From Eledone cirrhosa (taxonomy: Eukaryota): DNA of 64,000 bases. The stretch spans positions 230,888,001 to 230,952,000 of the forward strand of contig OZ024743.1 of the NCBI GenBank assembly GCA_964016885.1. Reading direction: 5' to 3'. Shown one piece after another: positions 54,704 to 64,000 of this stretch (within the stretch, counting starts at the first letter, position 1; every line of letters begins with the position of its first letter). A program made the translations under genes and the position numbers. Below the pieces are notes generated by a model. It had not been told where the DNA came from and did not search any database. It worked only from the letters and a program-made list of their open reading frames with translations.

Positions 54704-56759
54704 TGTATATATATATATATAGTAATATAGTACCCTTGATTACAAGGTGGTACTATATAAGATGATTAAATCCGTGAGTTTCCATTGACCTTCCCCCATT
54801 TGTCTATTCCTTTCCATCAATTTAAGTAAATTGCAAAAATGTCCTTTCACATTTCCTTAATCATAATCTATTATTAAAACACTAAATTACGAGAATTTTG
54901 TTCTACGTATATATCAGTTACCTTCGGATGCTATTAGGTTTCGTGCTTTGCTATTGTTGATGCTGTTGTCCGAAGATTGATAAATTGGTAAATATACATT
55001 GAGAGTTATTGATAGAAAATATGACAAGAAGTTAAACAGGCTTACAGATAAATACATTAATAAGTATGTAGATAAAAATATATGTAATCAGATAATTAGA
55101 TAAGCATAGGTAGCTGTTTATATACCATTGATATATAGAACCCAGATACAAACACGCACAAACACAAATACACTCATGTATATATATAAATATATATATA
55201 CATCCATAACTTGTTTGCTCTGGTGATAGTGGTGGTGAATATATGTCAGCACTGTGTTTGAGAGGGAGCACGCGAGAGTGAGAGATGTATAGAGGATGAT
55301 ATTAAAGTGCATGCACGCTTATATTTCACCTTCCCAGAAAAACCTACAGAAAAGTGACTACAACATGATGATGTGGTTATGGTGCTAAATTTGTATGGAG
55401 TGTATTGGTAATAATGGTGGTGATTGTGTTTGTGTTAATCTTGTTGCTGTAACTATATTATCAATTCGTTTTAACAGTGATTACTATTTTTAGCAAGCGA
55501 CGTGGCAATACCCTACGTTTTAGATTAAACTTGTAACTATGTAGCTAATTGTGAGTGACATAGACGTTGACCAACACAGTTTAAATTCAAAGAAATTCAC
55601 TTAATTGTAAACTTACAGACGGTTGTAAACGACTTTCCAACAATGAATAACTGATATTTTCAATTAACATATGATATGCTCTTTCTCCTTGTTTATCTAC
55701 ATGTTATAACAGTGTTTAGAAAATGTTTTGCTGTGTACTAATAATGTATTACTGTATACTATTGTAAAGTGCAACATTCTGTTATTGGCAGTAATGGTAA
55801 TAGAACGAGAAATGTAATAACAGCTATTAAAATTTAATTAGTTATCCTGTAATGAAAACTGAAACGCAAGGAATGGGATTCTTATTTAGAAATAACTAAA
55901 GATGAAAAAAAGTAATTAAAACAAATAAATAAACATTCTTTTATGTCGCATCCAATTATGCAGATAACATTATCTCTGCTTAATTAGACAAACAACAAGA
56001 ATAATAACACCAAGAAGAAAACAACAGTAGATACTACAGTAAAAGCTATTAAAATGATTAAAAATAATAGTACTTTAATAACAAGAGAGAAAATATATTT
56101 GTCTCCTCATAATTAAGTTACAGCCAGTCAATTACTGGAAAGGTGTTTAAGCTCGTGAGATATATTTTGAAGTAGTAACTCAACTGATTGCGATAAAATA
56201 TGTCATATGTTATAAAGAAATATGCACGAATGATGTCAATACTTTTTGTTTTGTTTTGTATTTTATACTTCTAGATTTCGTTATAACTCTCTGCATCAGT
56301 GTATGATCTTTGGAATTTAGATTTCTTCCTTGAGATATAATCAATACGAACTATACCAATTCAAGTTTGGCCACTTGAAATATTTTTTATAAATTTATTG
56401 TCTTAATTTACATTTACAAAGACATTACTTGCGTATGTGAAGAGAGGGGTGGTTTGTTTACATTGTCAAAATACCCCAGCATACCAAAGATACATTTCCT
56501 AAGTTTGGCGTCAATTGCAAATGGATTAGCAATTTTTTTCTTGTATTTTCTCTACAGTTATCGGCTTAATTAACGATTTAATTACATTATTAGAAATAGT
56601 CCGTTTGTGCATGTCTACATGAGAGCGTGTGGGTGAGTGTGAAAGAGTTTAATTGTTGCTTTATCAAATACAGAGCATATCATAGATATTTTTCAATGAA
56701 TTGTGCATTTTGCAAATGTACTAAATGATTTTTAGTCTTATTCTGCATGTAAAATGCTG

Positions 56760-59700
56760 TGATGAGGAGGCCGCATTGTTTTAAATGCGCAAGGACGTCG
56801 CATTTAAAGGCCTCCTCACCCCACTTACGGAGAAAGACCAACCAAAAGAAAAGTGCTTTTACCAACACCAACACCAAAACCACAACAAGAAGAACAACAC
56901 ACAAAACAAGCAAACACACAAAAACAAACAACTGCTCAACCACAAACAACAGAAAAAACACGAACAATTCGCCTGCAAAACACAGCCGCAACCCATCCCA
57001 CTCCTTCCAACACTACCACAACCAGACACACAAACACACAATCACCACACAACATAATGCTCCCACACGCCCTTGATGACGATTCATCATCAGACGAGGC
57101 TACTTCTCCATCCCCAAGCAAGGATGAAGGAGAGCCTCGGAAATAAAAAAAAAACAAAAAAAGAGACACCGCAAAGCCACAAAAACACCAATCACCAACA
57201 CAAACACAACCACCAACACAAACAGCTACACAAACACAACGACCAACACAAACAGCAACACGAACACCACCACAATCATACCTCTCCCCTTGTCAGCAAA
57301 ACAAAGACCAACAGCACCCAAACACAAATGCCCACCATGAAAAGAAAACTACAAAATGAACAACAAACCAAAACAACACAACAAAAAAAACAAACATTTC
57401 ACATACATTAACACGAACAACAAAAACCTTATGGAGGTCATCACGAAAGACCCCAAAGTAGAAACTGAGGGGAAAACCTTTGTCAAGTCAGACTCTGCAC
57501 CACATCTAAAACTGATAAAGGTTTCGATGGAAACCTACTAGAAATTCAAGGAATAATTTTCGCATGACGTCGGAAACCCCTGCCAAAAACCCATGAACCG
57601 GGTCCTATTGAAACCTTTCCCCACGCCACCCAACACTCCCAACAACACCCAAATGGAGATTGAACAACCCGATCTCCAGGAAACGAAAAGGTAAGTCCAT
57701 CTTTTCGTCCTTTCCACCAACATAGCAAATTTACGAGTTGGAAGTGTGAATGTGCGTGGCCTAGGGATGCCCTGGAAACAGAGCCAACTTTTAAACGACC
57801 TTAGGTAACATAACAAGGACGTGATAGCCATCACCGCGTCCAAGATCCACAACAAGCAACAACTAACCCCTATCTTTAATTACTTTGAGATCTACGCATC
57901 TCCCTGTCAGCCAGGAAGTGGAGGGCGAGTGACTGTTATGTTTCGGAAAATCCTGGACCGCGAAATGCAGCAAATACACGTGGACGCGAAAAGTAGAGTG
58001 GTTGTCCTAGACGTGAACAGAATTGGAGGTGAAGCCTTCAGACAGGTGGTCGTGTATGCCCCGACTGGGACATCGCGACCAGACTTCTTTAAGCGTCTAG
58101 AGTCTTTTCTGGGAACGTCTCGCTCCTTGCTTTTAGTGGGGGACTTGAATGGTATCCTAGACGCACGTTGGGAGTATGTAGGAACACATGTCAGTAGAGG
58201 GGGGTGCAACAGTCTCAAAAATTCAATCGGCCCATTCCAACTGGGCGATAGGTATCGACTAGGTTTCCCACTGCACCACAGTAGACGTGGACAAATCGCA
58301 GTGGGACATCTAGATCGTATTTATATAGATTCTTAATGAGAAAGAGAGAGGCAGGAAAATGTTAAGCTGTCCACAATTGAACATGGTTGCCTATTCAGCC
58401 CACAAACTAGTCGCCTGCATAGTCAATCATGATAGAAGGCATAGACAAGGACTCAGATACTGGAAGCTGAACATGTCATTGCCGACGCGTAAAGCCTTCA
58501 GTAGACGGATAAGTAGTTCATTTAAGCAACAATTGACGGGAGCCATCGTCAACAATAGGTGGTGGTGTTCTCTCAAGATACCAATTACTGGAGAGTCCAT
58601 AGCTTTTAGCAAAGAACTAGACTTAGAGAAAGACACAACAGAAAGAGAACTAGTAGCCAATGTAGAGGAGGCGCTTAGCTGTGGCAACGCAGCTAGAGTG
58701 CTAGAAACGAGAACGGTAATGGACCAGTTCTTCGATGCGAAACACGAGGGCTGCGTTGTCAGGAGTAGATCACGTGCTCTAGGAAACGGGGAGCAAAATC
58801 TGTTTGCTGGGCCCGTGTGGCTGAGGCGAAAAGTGGCAACAAGTCCACGATTCGTTCTTTGAAAGACCAAAACGGACGCGTGCTACTTGATTCCAAGCAG
58901 ATCTCCACTGTTGCGCAAATGTTCGAGCAGAGCAGTGCGCTCAACGAGGCAATGGACTTCGATTCATACCTCGACGGCCTGCTGCGTCACTCGAGCATGG
59001 ACGCCGAGTTCTGCGACAGACCGATCACAGCCACTGAGATACGGGACGCTCTAGGCCGCTGCGATAAACGCAAATCACCCGGTCTAGATTGTCTACCCTA
59101 TGAGTTTTACATAGGCTAGCCGGACTTGTTCTCTGGCGTCCTCGAAGCCGTCTACTGCAACTGGCAGCAGTACGGAAGTATTCCTAGTTCTGTAGGCAGG
59201 GGTGAACAAGTAGGACGAAATAAGTAACTTCAGGCCCATAATTATCATAAATACAGAGTTCAAGATTTTGGCCAAGGTGTTAGCAACGAGGCTGGCGCTT
59301 TTCGTCGAGAACCTGGTGGGAAAAGCTCAAACATGTGCAATTCCAACAAGGTCCGTACACGACAACCTCCACCTCATCCGATACATCATATAGAGGGTGG
59401 GGTGTAAACCCGACTTCGGTGGGGCTCTGATAAATTTAGATCAGTCTAAGGCGTTTGATAGGGTCAACCATCCATACTTGGAAGCGGTTCTCAATGCGGC
59501 CGGTTTCGGACCCATCTTCAGAGGCTGGATCACACCAACATCTGTTCAAGGCTATTCATACCAAGATCTGCTCAAGGGTCAAGGTGAATGGCTACCTATC
59601 GGAGCCGTTCCGAATCACGCGTTCCATCCGACAGGGATGCTCTCTCTCTCTCTTCCATTCTGTACGGATTGACTCTGGAACCACTACTGCGGAAGCGCGA

Positions 59701-61285
59701 CCTTTTGCAGGGAATCCCGTTGAAATCGGGACTGCGAAACGCGGCGTCGGCTTATGCCGACGACATGACAGTGGTGGTGACTAAAACCTCGGAAATCGAG
59801 GCGATAGGCAACTTACTGCAGGAATACGAAAGGCTTACAGGAGCAAAACTCAACCCGGACAAATCTGTCGGTTTGCAACTCGGAACGTCGAGAGGCAAAC
59901 CGATGCCGTTCGACAGCAGCGTTGGACGCTAGATGGAAGGACCGGTGAAATTGCTCGGGGTCTGGTTCGGTCCGGACCTCCAGGTGGAGAAAAACTGGGT
60001 CACGGCCAAGGTATTTGCGATCATCCAAAAGTGGGCAGAGTGCAAACTATCCTTGAGAGGTCGAGCGGAGGGGGTGAACATTTTCATAGAGTCCGTCATC
60101 TACTACCGCTTGACCGTCGTGCCTTGTCCCCATGAATACTTCACCAAGATGGAACGCATGCTCTTCCAATTCCTTTGAAAGAAGCAGGCTTCACTGGTGA
60201 GGAAATCTGTCTGCTGCCAGCACCCTTCCAACGGAGGGTTGGGATTGCCGTGGCTGATGATGCGCAAACACGCTCTGAAGCTACGGCATCTCCAGGTAAT
60301 CCTCTCTGACCAACCGGTATTGTCCCCGTTTGTGAGACAAGCCTGCCCGCAACTTATCTCGCTGATGGAGCTGCAATCCTGGGTCAAGCGGAGACCAAAG
60401 AAAATGGACACATTGAATGCACTCATGCGCTCACCGTTTTTAGTAAATCGGGCATATTAATCAATGGAGATTCGACTTCGACATTATGTAGAGGGATAGT
60501 ACGACACAAGTGCGACGGCGTTCTAGGAGAGACTCTGAGCGTCGAAGACGACGAGCTCACCAGTATGTTTCGTAGGACTTTCCGCCCTGGACCTATGGAC
60601 AACTTCCAAAAGTCCCTGGCCTGGCAGTGCTAGCGAGGAGCTCTACCAGTACGAGATACGAGATACAGGCAGGGATCCTTCATAGAGGACGTGTCCAAGA
60701 TGCGAGCAGGACATTGAAACCGTCCTGCACGCAACTGTACACTGCCCAAGGGTAACCTACCTGTGGAACAACTGCTTGCGCGTATGGGACAAATCCAGTT
60801 GACTGCCGTGTCCATAGTAAGGATCAAACCACCACCTTCTTTCAAAAACGAAAGAGAGGCGATTTTCCTCCGTATATTGGCTATGTTAAAAGAGATTATA
60901 TGGTGGACAAGATTGCGAGGAATGAGGACAGATGCCTTTCTCTCCGGACAACAACTCATTCCCTTCTTTAGGTACCACTTTAGAAAGATAATCATAGGGG
61001 AGAGAGAGGTACTGCACCCCAGTAAATTTACTGAAAGGTGGGTGAATGTAGCAAAAATTGCCCGAGTGATTGGGCCTTCTCTGTGTATAAACATGTAGGT
61101 TGAAGAAGAGAGTCTATCTACGGGGTATAAAACAACCAATTTGTAACGCCTCCCCTCCTATTTGGCATTTTGATTGTTGAATTTATATATTACATTTTTT
61201 TTTACACGAATGTATGTAATATCCCCGGCGTATGTCTTTGTATTGTTCTCTTTTCTCGTGCGCCCTTGTGGCAAATAAAGAAATA
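56760..61285 (+). mobile_element. Tx1/L1-clade LINE, decayed (ORF1 end + ORF2)
   Basis: Degenerate zinc knuckle PHCFKCARTSHLK; APE endonuclease GSVNVRGL..VVVYAP..LVGDLN..DR..SAHK..YWKLN; RT KSPGLD..FRPI..FKILAK..DQSKAFDRV..IRQGC..AYADD; C-terminal CPRC..ETVLH; 3' end AATAAAGAAA; many stops and frameshifts. Confidence 0.93.
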
Positions 61286-62467
61286 TATATATATTAAAGG
61301 CATTTACTGCTTGTATGTTTATCATTTGAATATTTACACAAGGGGAGTCGTATCTAAGGGAAACCTGCCGTTGTGTATGTAATACACAACAGCAGAATAC
61401 ATAGAATTGAACAGTTATAACATTTAGAACAATTAGTGGAAACGACTGCTCGTCTAGTTTCATTATCAACGTTTGTACAACTGGAAAATATTGTCTGCAC
61501 ATTTTAGAGGGCAAAGAAATAGTGTGGAGACAAACCTCCTAGTAACAGGTCAACGTGACAGAATGTGCTCGTGCATCTGCTAGAAATAACAGTTAAAATT
61601 ATGTACCAACGATATAGTTAAGAGAAAAACGAAATCTGCATGTTCGATCGTCTTTTAGCGCAATAACAACACAAACAGCACCAACAACTAATACAGGGAA
61701 TTTGAGATTTCATTTTGTCGGTTACTCAATAATATTTCAATATTTTAAAAAAATCTATGATTGATAATAGGGCATTGAAAATAGTTTAAATTACTCAAGG
61801 CCTAAGGAAGAGATTATAGATTTATATTAAGTAAATATTTAACTATTGTTGGTTAGGCCAAGTTGAAACCGAATCGTGACTACGATATTTATATGTCTGT
61901 AATTGTTGTTGTTTGGTCCCAGTTGGCCTCCGATCAAAGCAGGCCAGCCTTAACAGTTGAGCCTCATACTTTCAGCCAATAGAAAATCATTTTCTTATTC
62001 TCCCAGCATTTGATATGAAATAGTTTGAAAGAGACTTAACTATCATTTGTAAGGGGTTGTGAGACCACGTCGAAACTCTATTTAAATGCCTTGCATTACT
62101 GAAGAAATACATCGCTAGTGAAAAGATGTGAAACGCTGAAATACCTATCCATTTCCATTCATCTATTAACAGAGCCTGATGTATACTCTATCAACAAAAC
62201 GAACACCAAATCTATATAGTGGTTGGTTTCATTAACAACACAACACACTTCACACTCACTTCACTCGACAGGAGCCAATATGTGAGGGCTGCAAGCTATA
62301 TTTAGATTTTCACAATGGAAACAAACTTAAACTAAACTTTGCCTCACTTAATTAAATGTTTGATGTCGTAAGCGACGGTAATTAACTTATTTATATGTTG
62401 CTCAAACTTATTAATCAAGCACATTCATATAGAGAAATGAAAACTACCACTACCTATATATATACAG

Positions 62468-62810
62468 GGTTCTTATATATTTTATATATATTTGTCCTTA
62501 TCGAGCCCTCTGGATTTTGTCTTCACATTTATTATTACTATATATATTATTACGATATATATAAATATATATAACGTCTCGTTCCTGTCTTCCTTCGGTT
62601 GCAACGTTTTTTGAAATATTTACTTCTGCGTTCACAGATTGACTTTTTTAGTTTCAGAAGATCCCGTTAAGGGTGAAAGCAGCGATTCTTTGCTTAAACT
62701 TTAATCTGTTATTTTAATAAATATTTGCTCTACGGTTCTTATATATTTGATATATATTTATTCTTATCGAGCCCTCTTTGGATTTTAGTCTTGAAATTTA
62801 TTATTATTAA
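62468..62810 (+). mobile_element. Partially tandem 266-bp non-coding HHR unit, retrozyme-like
   Basis: GGTTCTTATATAT..TTATCGAGCCCTCT..GGATTTT.. at 62468 and 62734; TA flanks. Confidence 0.75.
62650..62700 (+). ncRNA. Type I hammerhead, U4A variant
   Basis: AGTTT-CAGAAGA-tCCCgttaaGGGt-GAA-AGCAgcgattcttTGCT-T-AAACT. Confidence 0.65.
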
Positions 62811-62821
62811 TATATATATAC

Positions 62822-62897
<76 letters not shown>

Positions 62898-62949
62898 CTC
62901 TGTGTGTATATAAGTGTGCGAGGTGTATATTCGAGTAAACCCACCACGA

Positions 62950-63275
62950 TATATTTGTGTTATTCATTTTGTTCACGAACAGGTGAACATCGGTCCATAT
63001 AGATTTGATCATCAGATCTAAAACTTTGACAATGTCTACTGGTTGTTGAGAAACTTCAAGTTTGTTCGTTGCTCTGTGCTCTTTGCTTGACGACATGAAA
63101 CAGAGGACATGTATATAAAATTATGAAGAAAAAAGTTTGATCGCTGCAGAGAGCTAAGATTACAGTTACATACTCCAGGGGGATTACTTTGAAGGAGAAA
63201 ACTCTTATTGTGAAGTTGGGTTTGAAATGAATCTTTTGTGACATCAGTCCTGGAACTTTTCTGACACACCTCGTA
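62950..63275 (-). mobile_element. Mariner relic (left TIR and start of transposase)
   Basis: TACGAGGTGTGTCAGAAAAGTTCCAGGACTG resembles a mariner TIR; KEHRATNKL resembles EQRAxIKF. Confidence 0.55.
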
Positions 63276-63353
63276 CGTCGTGCAGCTGTAATGCAACAAA
63301 TCTCTCACGAGTAGAGGCAGCTCAATCCCAAGCATCGGACCCAGATACTGTTA

Positions 63354-63612
63354 GATAGTCAAGATTATAATTGTTTCTACATTTGGCACAAGGCCAACAA
63401 TTATCCAGTATATTACTGCTACTTTATTTTATCAACCCCGTAAGGATGAAAGGCAAAGTTAACCTCGACAGGATTTGAACTCAGACCGTAAAGGGACGTA
63501 ACTATGCTTTGAAAGCATGGCGTTCGATAGATAGTCAAGATTATAATTGTTTCTACATTTGGCACAAGGCCAGCCATTATCCCAGTGTATTACTGATAGT
63601 CAAGATTATAAT
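63354..63612 (-). mobile_element. Two SINE pieces separated by three copies of an 18-bp target duplication
   Basis: GATAGTCAAGATTATAAT at 63354, 63530 and 63595. Confidence 0.88.
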
Positions 63613-63880
63613 GCCGGACATTTCGTTCCGCCTTAATCATGCCAATCAAAATTTTAATCTAAACCCCTTGACGTGTGTGCCATGAAGGAAGGGCTGTAGT
63701 GCGACTCCCTCAAACATGAATTCGCCTCAAGAGTGACAGAAGTCTTGACCAAACTATATGAGGCGCTCTTTGTAGAGGATAGATCTAACGTAGGCAAATA
63801 ACGGTTATGATGCATTTCAACTGGTATGTTTTACTGGCCGTATAATACTCCCAAGTTAAAGCAATACATAGATTCATTCA

Positions 63881-63919
<39 letters not shown>

Positions 63920-63931
63920 GCACGCACACAT

Positions 63932-63990
<59 letters not shown>

Positions 63991-64000
63991 GTGTGTATGT

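Noticed and set aside
56680-57411. Independent small proteins in overlapping ORFs
   Set aside because: A/C-rich low-complexity linker of the decayed Tx1 ORF1

Overview
A gene-poor, AT-rich, microsatellite-dense eukaryotic window. Its SINE/LINE content resembles an octopod cephalopod genome (inference). No host protein-coding gene can be supported, and most ORFs in the track are translations of (TA)n/(CA)n repeats. The window is dominated by Penelope-like retroelements (PLEs; RT plus C-terminal GIY-YIG endonuclease) inserted in (TA)n: two Hydra-like (YRDD, CxC-x5-C), one YVDD type, one Neptune-like and several fragments of a Nematis-like family. Four of them are head-to-head inverted dimers. 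Almost every PLE 3' region, and several short non-coding elements, carry a hammerhead ribozyme (HHR) fold, about ten unrelated families in total. These include core variants (U4C, U4A, U3:A8), a stem-II-less remnant and two short partially tandem HHR units (about 435 and 266 bp) resembling non-LTR retrozymes. The most unusual item is a ~195-bp element ending in a 57-bp-arm hairpin, whose arms co-vary within each copy and whose loop is inverted (flip/flop) between copies. Also present are decayed Tx1/L1-clade LINEs, a tRNA-headed SINE family whose 3' tail resembles the Tx1 3' end, RTE, Gypsy and mariner relics, and minisatellites. All folds and alignments were read by eye, not computed, and element boundaries are approximate.
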